From contig JBFWWG010000002.1 of NCBI GenBank assembly GCA_050246315.1, forward strand, positions 460,811 through 524,810: a DNA stretch of 64,000 nucleotides, in the 5' to 3' direction. Positions 8,613 through 18,884 of the stretch are shown in pieces (within the stretch, counting starts at the first letter, position 1; the number at the start of each line of letters is the position of its first letter). Under the pieces are notes generated by a model. That model saw nothing but the letters and a program-made list of their open reading frames with translations. It ran no database searches and was not told the DNA's origin. Source of the stretch: Nitrospiraceae bacterium (lineage in GTDB: Bacteria; Nitrospirota; Nitrospiria; Nitrospirales; Nitrospiraceae). Both the position numbers and the translations under genes were made by a program.

Positions 8613-10774
8613 CAGCACCAGATCGCTCAAGCCTGATCTTGCAAGGAGACTCCATGGACACGCGCCAGGTTCCGATCACGGCGTTTATCGAGACCTTCAG
8701 CGCGAGCCTCTGTGAATCCGCCGCCTCGCAGCTCAGGCCCATCTTCAGACCAGAGCACCGGATCCAGGCCCAGCCCATCTTGAATCGACTCAAGGAACCG
8801 CTCTGGCCTCCGCAAGCGGATGTCGCCGCGGCAACCGCCCTGGTGCTGCAACAGCATCGCGGCGCGCTCATCGTCGGAGAAATGGCGACGGGGAAGACCC
8901 GCACCTCGGTGGGGGCCTGTCTCATCCATGGCTCCCGACGCGTGCTGGTCATGGTACCGCCCCATCTCCTCCGCAAGTGGGAGCGAGAGATTAAACGCGT
9001 GCTGCCGGATGCTGCGGTCCATCAGCTGAAATCCCTCAGCAGCATTGATCTCGTCGCCCGGGCTCCCCTCCTCAACAATCGTCCCCTCTTTGCGATCATC
9101 TCTCGCGAAAAGGCCAAGCTTTCGTACGCCACGAAACCAGCCCTGGTGCTGCGACGCTGGAAAAACGAGCACGGACTCCTCGACCGCTTCTGCTGTCCCC
9201 ACTGCGGTGCAGAGGTTCGGGACGCCGACGACACGCCGCTGACGCCTAAGACCCTACCGGCTAAATCCACATGTCGCGCCTGTCGCTCTCCCCTGTACGA
9301 CTTCGATCCGAACGGGCCACGCCGGTACTCCCTGGCCGATTACATCTGCAAGAAGCACCCGACCTTGTTTGATACGTTGGTCGTGGATGAAGTCCATGAA
9401 CTGAAGGGCAAAGCCACCGCGCAGGGTATCGCCTTTGCGAACCTCATGAAGGTCACGGACCGCGTCATCGCATTGACGGGAACCCTGTCGAACGGACGCA
9501 GCACGTCGCTCTTCTATCTGCTGTGGCGTCTGATTCCCGGCCTCAAGTCGGCGTATCGTTTCCACGACGAATCCCGTTGGGTCGATGTCTATGGCGTCCG
9601 TGAGACCCGCACCACCTCCATTGATGTGGACCAGGTCGTCGAGCAGGGGACCCAGTCGAAACGGAAAGTCTACGTCACCATCCTGGAACGGCCGGGTATC
9701 TCGCCCAGGCTGATCCCTCAACTGGTCGATAAGGCCTGTTTCCTCCGGATGGAGGACCTGGACATCGCGCTCCCTCCCTATGAAGAGCATGTCGAGACCT
9801 GCCAACTCGAAGGCCAACTCAAGGAGCAGTACGAGCAGCTCCTCAAAGCGGCCAAGCCGTTGATCCGGGAGGCCAGGAAATCCCGTGACGGGCACTTGCT
9901 GTCCACGGTCGTTCAGGCGCTGGTGGCCTATCCAGACCGCTGCACCAACGAGGAACGGATCACCAATAAATTCGGAGAGGTCAAGCTTGCCCTTCCCCCG
10001 TTACCCGAGCTTGTCCGTTATCCGAAGGAACGGTTGCTCCTTCAACAGGTGGAGGACAACCTGAACCGGCATCGTCGGGTCCTCGTGTACTGCACCCACA
10101 CCGGGACGCGCGACATCACGCCGCGCCTTCATCTCATCCTGAAACAAGCCGGGTTCCGCACAGCCGTGCTCACGGCTTCCGTGCAAGCCGAGCGGAGGGA
10201 GGAATGGATTGAAGACCGGGTGAAGGCTGGCCTCGACGTACTGATCTGCAATCCCCGTCTCGTGCAAACCGGGCTCGATCTCCTGGATTTTCCCAGCCTG
10301 CGATTCTTCGAATCCGATTACAACATCCTGACGGTCCGGCAAGCCGCTCGCCGCTCCTGGCGACCGGGACAACAGCACCCGGTGGACGTGCGACCGCTCA
10401 TGTATGCCGGTACGGCTCAGGAACGGGCCTGGTCCCTGATCGCCAGCGGGATCAAGGCAAGCCTCTACACCGAGGGGGACATCACCAGCCAGGCGATGGC
10501 GGCATTCAATCAAGAGGACGACATCACTATTGGGCTGATTCGATTCATTCTCGACCAGAATCCTGAGCTCATGAGCGCGGAAAAAGCCTTCCGCGACCTC
10601 GCTCGGGCCTATAAGGACCAACGGGAAGTCATCGGCGCGTCACCCGCTCAGTCTCCATTCCATCACGTGGCCACAGCGCCGGCAGGGGAACAAGCGGTCA
10701 TCATCGCGACGACCGAGCCGGCTCCCGCGAAACTCCCGGATCTCTCCACGCAACTCGCTCTTTTCGCCGCCTGA
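8609..10774 (+). CDS. SNF2/SF2 helicase with Zn-ribbon insertion
   Basis: GEMATGKT, VVDEVHE, LTGT, VQTGLDL, QAARRSWRPGQ; CPHCG...CRAC insert. Confidence 0.88.
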   Translation: MTAPDRSSLILQGDSMDTRQVPITAFIETFSASLCESAASQLRPIFRPEHRIQAQPILNRLKEPLWPPQADVAAATALVLQQHRGALIVGEMATGKTRTSVGACLIHGSRRVLVMVPPHLLRKWEREIKRVLPDAAVHQLKSLSSIDLVARAPLLNNRPLFAIISREKAKLSYATKPALVLRRWKNEHGLLDRFCCPHCGAEVRDADDTPLTPKTLPAKSTCRACRSPLYDFDPNGPRRYSLADYICKKHPTLFDTLVVDEVHELKGKATAQGIAFANLMKVTDRVIALTGTLSNGRSTSLFYLLWRLIPGLKSAYRFHDESRWVDVYGVRETRTTSIDVDQVVEQGTQSKRKVYVTILERPGISPRLIPQLVDKACFLRMEDLDIALPPYEEHVETCQLEGQLKEQYEQLLKAAKPLIREARKSRDGHLLSTVVQALVAYPDRCTNEERITNKFGEVKLALPPLPELVRYPKERLLLQQVEDNLNRHRRVLVYCTHTGTRDITPRLHLILKQAGFRTAVLTASVQAERREEWIEDRVKAGLDVLICNPRLVQTGLDLLDFPSLRFFESDYNILTVRQAARRSWRPGQQHPVDVRPLMYAGTAQERAWSLIASGIKASLYTEGDITSQAMAAFNQEDDITIGLIRFILDQNPELMSAEKAFRDLARAYKDQREVIGASPAQSPFHHVATAPAGEQAVIIATTEPAPAKLPDLSTQLALFAA

Positions 10775-10815
10775 CCCATTTCATCTTCATCCTGTGGCTC
10801 ATCCGTGAGGCCAAC

Positions 10816-11409
10816 ATGACGCACGACCCTTCGAGTACGGTGGATGACGAACCAAAGATGCTCCGCGTCAACGGGTTCGACGCATTGATCGAATCCTATG
10901 CCTACCAGGACCTGCAGTCTTGTCTGTCACTGCGAGTCCTCTCATTGGTCGCTCGAGAGTCGAGCATGCGAGCGATTCGTGCCAACATGAGTCTCGGCCA
11001 TCAGGTCGACATCGACGGGGTCGGCTCGCTGTCCTGGCCCAGGCCCTCCGACCTGGAGATCCAGTCCTTTCACCGGCGGCTCCCTTCAGGACTCATCTCT
11101 TCCCTCTGGTTGCCCAAAAGGGCTACGGCCTACGGGATTGAGCCCAACAAGCCCGCGTACCTCATTGCCCCTGGTGGCACTGTCCCCGCGACCCCGTCCG
11201 GCTTCATCCCACTGCTCGACCGGCTACTGCCATTTCCGATTCTCGCTCCCTGGGCCGAGGCCCTGTGGCAATTCGGACTGGAGGCAGGATGGATCAGTCG
11301 CCTGAACGGACATAGGCTGCAGGCCTGGGAAGTCCATCCTCCGCGGACCGCCGTGCAGGAGTTCATCACAACCCAACTGCAAGCCCGCGCGCTACCCGTT
11401 CCCGTCTGA
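10816..11409 (+). CDS. Hypothetical protein (ICE helicase/methylase module)
   Basis: GAGG RBS; PFPILAPWAEALW motif; co-oriented. Confidence 0.7.
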   Translation: MTHDPSSTVDDEPKMLRVNGFDALIESYAYQDLQSCLSLRVLSLVARESSMRAIRANMSLGHQVDIDGVGSLSWPRPSDLEIQSFHRRLPSGLISSLWLPKRATAYGIEPNKPAYLIAPGGTVPATPSGFIPLLDRLLPFPILAPWAEALWQFGLEAGWISRLNGHRLQAWEVHPPRTAVQEFITTQLQARALPVPV

Positions 11410-11457
11410 ACTGAGCGGGGGAACCATCGTCCACCATTCACACGAGCGCCACACACC

Positions 11458-12543
11458 ATGAGAACGATCGCACGAGCGAAGGCGGGATTTTATCCGACAC
11501 CGGACCCAGTCACCCGGGCCATCTCCAAGCTGATCCAGAACCCCTCTCGCCATCCCGGCCGGCTCTGCGATCCCTGTTGCGGACTCGGGCAACCGGCCTC
11601 CACCCTCGCCCAGTCGCTGGGGCTGCTCAGCTTCGGGATCGAACTGGAGAGATCCCGATTCCAGGCCTCAAAGCTCCTCCTCACTGACACGCTCCGCTCC
11701 GACGCCTTCGCCACCACCATCCAGAAGCAGAGCATGTCCCTCGTCTTCCTCAATCCTCCGTATGACGATGCCGGAAAACGCCAGCGCAGCGAACCCGCGT
11801 GGCTCCGGCTGCTCAGCCCGGCCCTGCAATCCGGAGGAGTGCTCGTCTTCATCCTTCCCGAGCCACGGGTGACGAAGGAGATCCGCCGCTATCTGGCCAC
11901 CCATTTTCGACAGGTCGCGTTCTTCCGGTTTCCTCATCCGGAGTACCTCTCCTTTCGCCAGGTCGTCATCTTCGGGATGAAGACCGCCTCGCCTTTACAG
12001 GATCGCAGACGCATCGATGCACTGGCGGCAGAGGTGATTGACTACCAGTCCCTCGAGGGCGACCTCACCCCACTCTATGCCATCCCTCCTCAAGTGGTTG
12101 CTGGACCGATCGAGTTTCGCAGTCACTGGGTCTCTCCAGAAGACCAGCTCGCCGAGGCCTCGGCGTACGGAATCTGGCAAGACCCCCGCATCCACGATGG
12201 GCTCCACTTCCCCGTCACTGGCCCCTGCATTCCCCTCATGCCGCTCAGAAAAGGGCATCTCGCGAGAATGATCGCGGCGGGCATGCTGAACAACCAGACG
12301 ATCGCGACCGGGCCCACTTGCTGGATCATCAAAGGCTTCACCGATAAGACCACCAGGCAACTGCCGCCTGAGCAGGAAGAATACGAGACCCAGAAGGGAC
12401 GCGAGACCCGCACCGTGACGCGCGTGATCGAAATGTTCGTGCCGCAGATCCAGGCCTGGGACATCACCGAAGGATCCACCTACGGCCAGCACATCATCGT
12501 CAATTGCAGCGATCATCGCGGAGAAGCGCCCGAGACACCATGA
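11458..12543 (+). CDS. SAM-dependent amino-methyltransferase (DUF6094-like)
   Basis: GFYPTP, DPCCGLG, GIELE, FLNPPY motifs. Confidence 0.85.
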   Translation: MRTIARAKAGFYPTPDPVTRAISKLIQNPSRHPGRLCDPCCGLGQPASTLAQSLGLLSFGIELERSRFQASKLLLTDTLRSDAFATTIQKQSMSLVFLNPPYDDAGKRQRSEPAWLRLLSPALQSGGVLVFILPEPRVTKEIRRYLATHFRQVAFFRFPHPEYLSFRQVVIFGMKTASPLQDRRRIDALAAEVIDYQSLEGDLTPLYAIPPQVVAGPIEFRSHWVSPEDQLAEASAYGIWQDPRIHDGLHFPVTGPCIPLMPLRKGHLARMIAAGMLNNQTIATGPTCWIIKGFTDKTTRQLPPEQEEYETQKGRETRTVTRVIEMFVPQIQAWDITEGSTYGQHIIVNCSDHRGEAPETP

Positions 12544-13322
12544 TCCCCAGCAACGACCCATTCACCAGCCAGAACTGCCAGACGCCCAGTCCCCTGACAC
12601 GAACCCGCAAGCGCGCACTCAAATCGGAGCGATCCTGCAAGGATTGCTGCAGACCCTTCCTGGGCACCGAGACGGCCCAGTATGGCCCCTGTTGCCGATG
12701 GAAGCATCGAGGGCCGACGGCGAAGAAATATGTCTGGACAGCAGAGCGAGAGCAGATACTTCGTGATCGGTACGATGGCACCATCAAAGGGCGCGCCGCC
12801 CAGATCGCCGCCATGCTCGGATGGCCGACCTGGGTGATCAAACGCCGCGCCGCCGAGCTCGGACTCACGTATCACGTCGATTCGCAGCCGTGGACCAAAG
12901 AAGAAGTGGCTTTTCTCCTGGAACACGTGGGCAGCCGCCTCCTGCCCTGGATCGCCAGGAAGCTGCAGCGATCGGTCACGTCCGTCAAAATGAAATGCCG
13001 CCACATGGAGCTGAGCCTGCGGTACCGAGAGGGTTATACGCTGCGCGAGCTTGAGCTCTGTTTCGGCTGCGATCATCGGGTGATCGAAGGATAGGTTCGC
13101 GAGGAGAAACTCCACACCCGCCGACGCGGCACCGACCGAGCCCACGACGCATGGTACGTGACCGATGCGGATCTGCTCCGGTTCATCACCGAGCATCCCC
13201 TGGCCTTCCAGCTGCGCAAAGTGGACCAGTTCTGGTTCATGGATCTCGTCACCAACGGCGGCCTTGTCCGAAAAGCCTTGCAGACTGCCTCACAGGATGA
13301 TGCTGATCATAGAGCCGCCTGA
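12540..13322 (+). pseudogene. DNA-binding-like hypothetical protein interrupted by one in-frame TAG (13092-13094)
   Basis: After ...HRVIEG* the frame stays open for 75 codons (VREEKLHTRRRGTDRAHDAWYVTDADLLRFI...WFMDLV...) to TGA 13320-13322; WT..E repeats in N-half. Confidence 0.7.
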
Positions 13323-13391
13323 CCTCTCGATTGCTTCGCGTGACGATTCCAAAATATCAATCACGTTCTCTCCAGCTACGTGGAGGTTGTC

Positions 13392-14525
13392 ATGAAGTTC
13401 ACGTGCACCCGCGGCATCCTGCTGGGCGCCATCCGGAATCTGCTCAGCCTCACCTCGACTAGGTCCACGCTCCCCATCCTTGCCAATGCCCTCCTGGAGA
13501 CCACGCCCACGGGCCTCAAGGTCTTGAGCACCGACCTCGAAACCGGATTCCAAGGCACCTACGACGCCAGCATCCAGAAACCCGGACGCGTCACCGTCAA
13601 CGCTCGTGCCCTCTGCGATGTGCTCAAGGAACTCGATCCCGAGCATCCCATCACCTGGCAGGCTGACGACAAACACGTGATCAGGCTCGTGTCCGGGAAC
13701 AGCCGCTTCACGCTCCACGGCCTGCCCGCGGATGACTATCCCCAGCTCCCTGCGTTTGATGAGCCCGCTCAGGTCAGCATCCCCAGCACCGATCTCCTCA
13801 CATGCCTGCAGCAGGTCCTTCCCGCTGTTCCCGATCAGGACCAACGGTTCGTCCTGCAGTCCGTGCTCGTCACCATCGGTACACAGCCTGCACAGGAATC
13901 ACCGGCGATCGAACTCGTCGGAACCGACGGGCACCGTTTGGCCATCGCTCAATCACTCGCCGGCAGGTGGATGACCTCCACGCCCCAGCAGCTCAGCGCC
14001 CTCATTCCCAAGAAAGCCGCTCAGTTGCTCGCCACGCTGCTCGCTCAGGAAAATGCGCTGGATGTTCCCATCGCCGTCTCCAAGAAACTCTTTTGCGTGA
14101 CCGTCAAGAACGTCATCCTGACGAGCCGCCTAGTCGAAGGGACTTATCCCAACTACCAGCAAGTGATCCCGATCGTGAACGGTGCGCGTATGGAGATCGG
14201 CCGCGAAATCTTCGAAGAGGCGCTCCACCGAGTGGCTGTGGTGTCCCGCGACCATACCCAAGCCGTGCGTCTGGCTCTGACGCCTGACACCCTTACGATC
14301 CATGCCCAGAATGCGGACGTCGGGGAAGGAACTGAAAGTATCCCGGCTGTCGTCGCCGACAAGGAATTCAAGGCTGGCTTCAACGCCCGCTATCTGCTGG
14401 ACGCGCTTCGGACCTGTCCAGGCGAGCGCCTTCAACTGCATATGAAGGAACCGCTCAGTCCTTGTGTCCTCGTGTGCCCTGGCAGGCAGACTGGCTGGAA
14501 GCACGTGATCATGCCGGTCCGCTAG
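13392..14525 (+). CDS. dnaN: DNA polymerase III beta sliding clamp (element-borne copy)
   Basis: STLPILANAL, STDLE, GTDGHRLA, SRLVEGTYPNYQQVIP, GFNARYLLD, VIMPVR; GGAGG RBS; not in a dnaA-recF-gyrB context. Confidence 0.93.
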   Translation: MKFTCTRGILLGAIRNLLSLTSTRSTLPILANALLETTPTGLKVLSTDLETGFQGTYDASIQKPGRVTVNARALCDVLKELDPEHPITWQADDKHVIRLVSGNSRFTLHGLPADDYPQLPAFDEPAQVSIPSTDLLTCLQQVLPAVPDQDQRFVLQSVLVTIGTQPAQESPAIELVGTDGHRLAIAQSLAGRWMTSTPQQLSALIPKKAAQLLATLLAQENALDVPIAVSKKLFCVTVKNVILTSRLVEGTYPNYQQVIPIVNGARMEIGREIFEEALHRVAVVSRDHTQAVRLALTPDTLTIHAQNADVGEGTESIPAVVADKEFKAGFNARYLLDALRTCPGERLQLHMKEPLSPCVLVCPGRQTGWKHVIMPVR

Positions 14526-14537
14526 GTGGAGGCTGCG

Positions 14538-14789
14538 ATGCCCAGCACCCCTCCTTCAACAATACCGGTCAGTTGGGGGTGGACCTCCTACCGACGCACC
14601 CGGTGGATCAATCAACAGGGACAGAGACTATACAGGGTCTGCCTCCAAAGCATCGAGGGTCAGAGACGGTACACCAGGTTCACGCTTCATGTCTGGGCTC
14701 GCCGCCCCGTCTATGCCCTACGGACATTGTGTAATGAGAAGAAAAGCGAGGAGGAACTTCTCCGGTACGACTGGGCGTCCCTTGATTAG
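14538..14789 (+). CDS. Small hypothetical protein
   Basis: GGAGG RBS before ATG, follows dnaN. Confidence 0.45.
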   Translation: MPSTPPSTIPVSWGWTSYRRTRWINQQGQRLYRVCLQSIEGQRRYTRFTLHVWARRPVYALRTLCNEKKSEEELLRYDWASLD

Positions 14790-14950
14790 TCCTCTAACAG
14801 AATGTCACACCAGGTCTCCCCTGATCTCTGCTCCGTCCTTCCTAAATGGCACCCATCCAACCCGAGTACCTGATTTTGACGGTCCTCCAGTTCAATGTCC
14901 GGACAGAAATAGGTTGAAGAGGGGCACAAACCACCACGCGAGGTGCTCTC

Positions 14951-15175
14951 ATGAAACGGTTCCATGTCGTCGGGCTATTTCACCAAGCGCTGGCCAAGCA
15001 TGCGAAGCAACTGGCAGACGTGGAGGCCAACAAACTTTCTACCGCCCTGCGCCTGGCTGTCGCCCAAATGGAAAAACGAGAAGGGATTAGGAAGGTCAAA
15101 CACAAAGTCGTTCGATTCACCGTCATCATCAGCAACAAGCACGCTCCGGAAAACCCGCCCCTTCCGAATCTATAA
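14951..15175 (+). CDS. Small basic hypothetical protein
   Basis: GAGGTG RBS; 74 aa ORF. Confidence 0.45.
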   Translation: MKRFHVVGLFHQALAKHAKQLADVEANKLSTALRLAVAQMEKREGIRKVKHKVVRFTVIISNKHAPENPPLPNL

Positions 15176-15360
15176 AAACTCTCATTCTAGGACTGACACA
15201 CACGTGTTCACGTCCTTTCATCGGTGCGAGTACTTCGATCCTCCAGAATCCTGTTTCCGCAAGTCAGTAATACAGAGGAGAGACATGTGCGTACATCCGG
15301 GGAAGAGATGGGGTCAACGGAGCTAACGGATTCGTCCTGACTTCTTATCTGAGGCTCGTC

Positions 15361-15654
15361 ATGACTGAAGATTTCGCCCACGTCATCCTAGCTCGCCTGG
15401 AGCAAATCCAAGCCGATCTCGCGTCTCTTCGCGCGGTCCGGACTGGAACGAGCGATGTAATGGATTTTCAGGAGGCTTTCAAATACCTAAAGATAAAGCC
15501 TGGAACTCTCCGCGACTGGATTCGATTGCGTCGCATTCCCTTTCATCGCGCTGGCCGTCGTATCCTCTTCAGGGCCCGAGAACTCGACGCCTGGCTGGAG
15601 GCACGGAAGATCGCGCATAGATTGTCGAAACGCGAGCTGCGAGCCGCTTCATAG
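15361..15654 (+). CDS. Excisionase-type helix-turn-helix protein
   Basis: MDFQEAFKYLKIKPGTLRDWIRLRRIPFHRAGRRILFRARELDAWL; upstream of integrase. Confidence 0.85.
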   Translation: MTEDFAHVILARLEQIQADLASLRAVRTGTSDVMDFQEAFKYLKIKPGTLRDWIRLRRIPFHRAGRRILFRARELDAWLEARKIAHRLSKRELRAAS

Positions 15655-15700
15655 TCTTTGCACTTTTACCGTTCAAAGCTTAGACTTCCGGGAAATCCTG

Positions 15701-16936
15701 GTGATACCGCCTATGGCACGTCTGCAAAAACAGCGTGGTATTTGGACGCTCGAATTTAAATGCCTCCCAGGATGCCCAAACCATCCTTCTGGCGGTCTCC
15801 GCCACCACCATTCCCTCAGAACACGTGATGCCAGCCTTGCAGAGGAACTTTTCAAAGACTTCAAGCGAAAGCAGGAGGAAGATCGAGCGCGTCTAACCTT
15901 GCGGCTCCCGGTCGCCCATCCCGACGCAAAGCGGACGATCAGTGTCGCAACGCAGGAATACTTCCGTACAATGGCTGTAGAAAAGAGTCCGGCAACGATC
16001 AAGCGCGTCGAACGCCCTGCGACGACGCATCTGATCAAGCTACTTGGTGACATTCCGATTCATACGGTCGATGCAACCAAGATAGGTAATTACCGTGCCA
16101 GGTTTCTTGAGAACCATGCCCCAGCCACGTGGAATAGTCGGCGGGCCACTCTTAGAGCCATGTGGAATTGGTTCCTGAGACGCGGGTGGGTCGATGAGAA
16201 TCCTTTCGTCGAAGTGGGCGAGGTGCCGGACTTCGAGGATACACACCGGCTCCAGCCTGTGGCGCAGACCCGCTTGGCTGATGTGCTTTCAGCCCTGCCC
16301 GACCGAGGCTGGCAGCTTGTAGCCCTTTTCCTTTATCAGTCTCTCTGCCGAATCGATGAGCTTTGCAATCTCCGCAGAGATGACGTTCTCCGCGAGGAGG
16401 GCGTGATCCGATTTCGAAGGCCGAAGGAGCGGAAGAACAAGCGCATCAGGTACAAATACGTCGCCTTGACACCAGAACTTCTGGACATCATCAACGAGGC
16501 TGAGTCTCGGTGTGCGAGCGAATACGTTTTCTCACGAATTGAACGAGAAGGCCGCGCATTAAAGCGTCGCAAGGTTCACCACGTGCTCTTTAAAGCCGGG
16601 AAGCGGGTCGGCCTTGTAGTGTCCCCACACAGATTACGAAAATCAGGGGGTACTCACGCGCTCCAAAGAGGGAGCGCAAGTCTAAAGACCGTTCAAGAGA
16701 TCATGGGACACAGCGATATCCGCACGACTGCTCGTTATTTGCGTCCAGACTTAGAGGAGCAGCGAATCGCTCTCTCTGGTCTGAATATTTCACGACTCAA
16801 GAACGTTCCGAACACAGTGTTTCAGCAAGAAGCCAGGCAACTGGTCCAGAAGGCGCAGGCCGCTAGAAAGCAGAAAGCCGCCGCCGGCCGTCGTCATTTT
16901 ACACACGCCGACAAAGATGAGAACACAAGCCCTTGA
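15701..16936 (+). CDS. Tyrosine recombinase/integrase of the ICE
   Basis: CRIDEL (R), PHRLRKS (HxxR), MGHSDIRTTARY (H, Y). Confidence 0.92.
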   Translation: MIPPMARLQKQRGIWTLEFKCLPGCPNHPSGGLRHHHSLRTRDASLAEELFKDFKRKQEEDRARLTLRLPVAHPDAKRTISVATQEYFRTMAVEKSPATIKRVERPATTHLIKLLGDIPIHTVDATKIGNYRARFLENHAPATWNSRRATLRAMWNWFLRRGWVDENPFVEVGEVPDFEDTHRLQPVAQTRLADVLSALPDRGWQLVALFLYQSLCRIDELCNLRRDDVLREEGVIRFRRPKERKNKRIRYKYVALTPELLDIINEAESRCASEYVFSRIEREGRALKRRKVHHVLFKAGKRVGLVVSPHRLRKSGGTHALQRGSASLKTVQEIMGHSDIRTTARYLRPDLEEQRIALSGLNISRLKNVPNTVFQQEARQLVQKAQAARKQKAAAGRRHFTHADKDENTSP

Positions 16937-16964
16937 CACTAGGTCTTCTTTTCTTCACAACACT

Positions 16965-17014
16965 CCAGACTACGGATCTGGGGGTTACAGGTTCAAGTCC
17001 TGTCGGGCGCGCCA
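16965..17014 (+). repeat. att site: 3' 50 nt of tRNA-Arg(ACG), not a full tRNA
   Basis: CCAGA-CTACGGA-TCTGG anticodon arm, T-arm GTTCAAGTCC, ends GCGCGCCA; no D-arm or 5' acceptor strand upstream. Confidence 0.9.
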
Positions 17015-17075
17015 TTTCAGCCCTCTGAGTCGCAAAGAGGTCCCCTCGCACTTCCGACCCGACGATTCGTCAGCA

Positions 17076-17768
17076 TCACTCCAAACGAAACGTGATACCG
17101 CCGATCGCCGCGTGCATCATCAGATCACTGGACGTGCCCACATTGATGGTGCCGGGTAGCGGTCCGGTGATCGAGAACGGCGCATCAACCTGATAATAGG
17201 TAAAGCGGTATTCGGCAAAAAGACCGATGGTCTTGGTCAACATCAGCGTGGCGCCGGCATTGCCCTTGAAACCGACGCGGGTATCGCTCTGGGATTGATT
17301 CGGTGGATTGAAATTGCTGGTGTCTTTCATTTCTGAAACGAACAGGGCCGGCCCAAGTGCCAATGACGGCTGAATTCGTCCATGTGGAAACTTGTCGCTG
17401 ACCGCCAAGGGCACACGGAGCTTGACCACATCGAAGCCAATGCCGATGGTCCGGATGTCCATCTGGAAGAGTTGTCCAGTGAGCGCCCCGCTTGAAACTT
17501 GCTGGTCTTTGATGTCCGGCTCCATATAGAACACATCGAGGCCCACACCGAAAAAAGGCAATGAGGAGAACCAGTAGCCCGCTCTGGCCCCTCCGGTGAA
17601 TCGGGTATCGGTATCGAGACCATCAAACGTGCCGGCCGCATTGCCGATCTGGACGTCCATATTGATGTTGCCTGTTGTGGCGCCACCGTAGATGTCGAAG
17701 GCCCATTCAGCGGCGACGTGGCCCGGAATGGTGAGGGCCAGGCATATGACGAGCAGCGGGACGATCAT
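17076..17768 (-). CDS. Outer-membrane beta-barrel protein
   Basis: AGGAG RBS + MIVPLLV signal peptide; alternating beta strands, FAEYRF, C-terminal GITFRLE. Confidence 0.8.
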   Translation of the reverse strand: MIVPLLVICLALTIPGHVAAEWAFDIYGGATTGNINMDVQIGNAAGTFDGLDTDTRFTGGARAGYWFSSLPFFGVGLDVFYMEPDIKDQQVSSGALTGQLFQMDIRTIGIGFDVVKLRVPLAVSDKFPHGRIQPSLALGPALFVSEMKDTSNFNPPNQSQSDTRVGFKGNAGATLMLTKTIGLFAEYRFTYYQVDAPFSITGPLPGTINVGTSSDLMMHAAIGGITFRLE

Positions 17769-18144
17769 GGGCAATCTCCTTTGCGGATGGAACGTGAAGG
17801 TAATCAGGCATTCCCCCTGTTGATGATCGCGATTCGAGCATCTGGACGGCCGGCATGCATTCGAGCTGAACCGGCAGGAACGCATCGAGGTGACGCTATG
17901 CCTAACAGACTATCTTGTCAAGATGGCGGAGAGCGAGGGAGGGCTCTGTTGTCGTCTGAGTCACGGAGGACCGAACGGCCGGTAGTACGGTTCAAGTCCC
18001 TTCCGGCGAGACGTGACCGGTTCTCCATTGTCCACTCGACATTCTACCGGCTCTTACTCCATGAGATCGAATCCCTTGACATCCCCGCGGCCCGCACCTA
18101 AGCTTTGGGCAGATCGCATCGCGCAAAGGAGTCTGGACTTCGTC

Positions 18145-18432
18145 ATGATGAAGCGACGCGCCTGGATCATCCTGGCGGTGGTGTTGATCGGTTCCCTAGC
18201 CGGATGCGGGGGATGGCGAAGCAGCTATCTGAACGATCAGACGGGAAAGGCCGGCAAGGGAACTATCGAGCAGGATCTCGGGAGACCCACACACAAGATC
18301 CCGGAGTCACACGGCATGTCTCAGTGGATCTACCAGGATTGTCCGGTCTATCAAGCCTGCTATGTCTGGGTGCTGATATTTGATCGGAATGACATTCTTC
18401 AGAATTGGGAACGAGCGCCCGCACAATCATGA
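18145..18432 (+). CDS. Small lipoprotein (BamE/SmpA-like pattern)
   Basis: Lipobox LAGC; LGRP...WIY...LIFD. Confidence 0.65.
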   Translation: MMKRRAWIILAVVLIGSLAGCGGWRSSYLNDQTGKAGKGTIEQDLGRPTHKIPESHGMSQWIYQDCPVYQACYVWVLIFDRNDILQNWERAPAQS

Positions 18433-18788
18433 TTCGACCACACGTGGCAGATTCACCTCATGACCCGATTCGTTATTCCGTAATTGTGGCCGGGGCCCTC
18501 CTCTTGTTCGCGGTCGGCGGTTGCGGCCCTCAGTCGGTGACTCTCAACAGCGGGACGCGCTCGCCCATGATTCTTCAAGAAAGCGCCTACACGGAATCCG
18601 GTTGCCGCGAGCACCTCACTGACAAAGCCCACGAACTCGGCATGACCTTGCAGTCCGTCTCGGTCAAGGGCTGGTTCTTCGGCGACACGTTATTGTGGCC
18701 GCTCTACAAAGGATACGTGTGTTTCGGCACCGACCGGGATCTTCCGGCCCTGATCGTCGGCTCTCCGACCACCACTTACTACTACTGA
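18429..18788 (+). CDS. Putative lipoprotein
   Basis: Hydrophobic stretch + VGGC; ATGA overlap with upstream gene. Confidence 0.6.
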   Translation: MIRPHVADSPHDPIRYSVIVAGALLLFAVGGCGPQSVTLNSGTRSPMILQESAYTESGCREHLTDKAHELGMTLQSVSVKGWFFGDTLLWPLYKGYVCFGTDRDLPALIVGSPTTTYYY

Positions 18789-18884
18789 GTCGGGCCGGTA
18801 CCGGTTCGCCCGGCTGCTCGGCGTCGTTGACCTGCTATCCCCTTCTTGCCCATCTGTGGAGTTTCTGTGTGGCACTGGATCGAC

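Larger units (their letters stand above)
1..17014. mobile_element. Right part of an integrative conjugative element inserted in tRNA-Arg(ACG); left end lies outside the window
   Basis: TraD-like coupling protein, primase, SNF2 helicase and methylase cargo, with xis + tyrosine integrase immediately followed by the 3' half of tRNA-Arg (att site). Confidence 0.85.

Noticed and set aside
13092..13094. Pyrrolysine or recoded amber codon
   Set aside because: TAG is a normal stop for many genes here and no pyl machinery is visible; a TGG>TAG mutation is simpler
16965..17014. Functional tRNA-Arg gene
   Set aside because: Only anticodon arm, T-arm and 3' acceptor strand are present, so it is an att duplication
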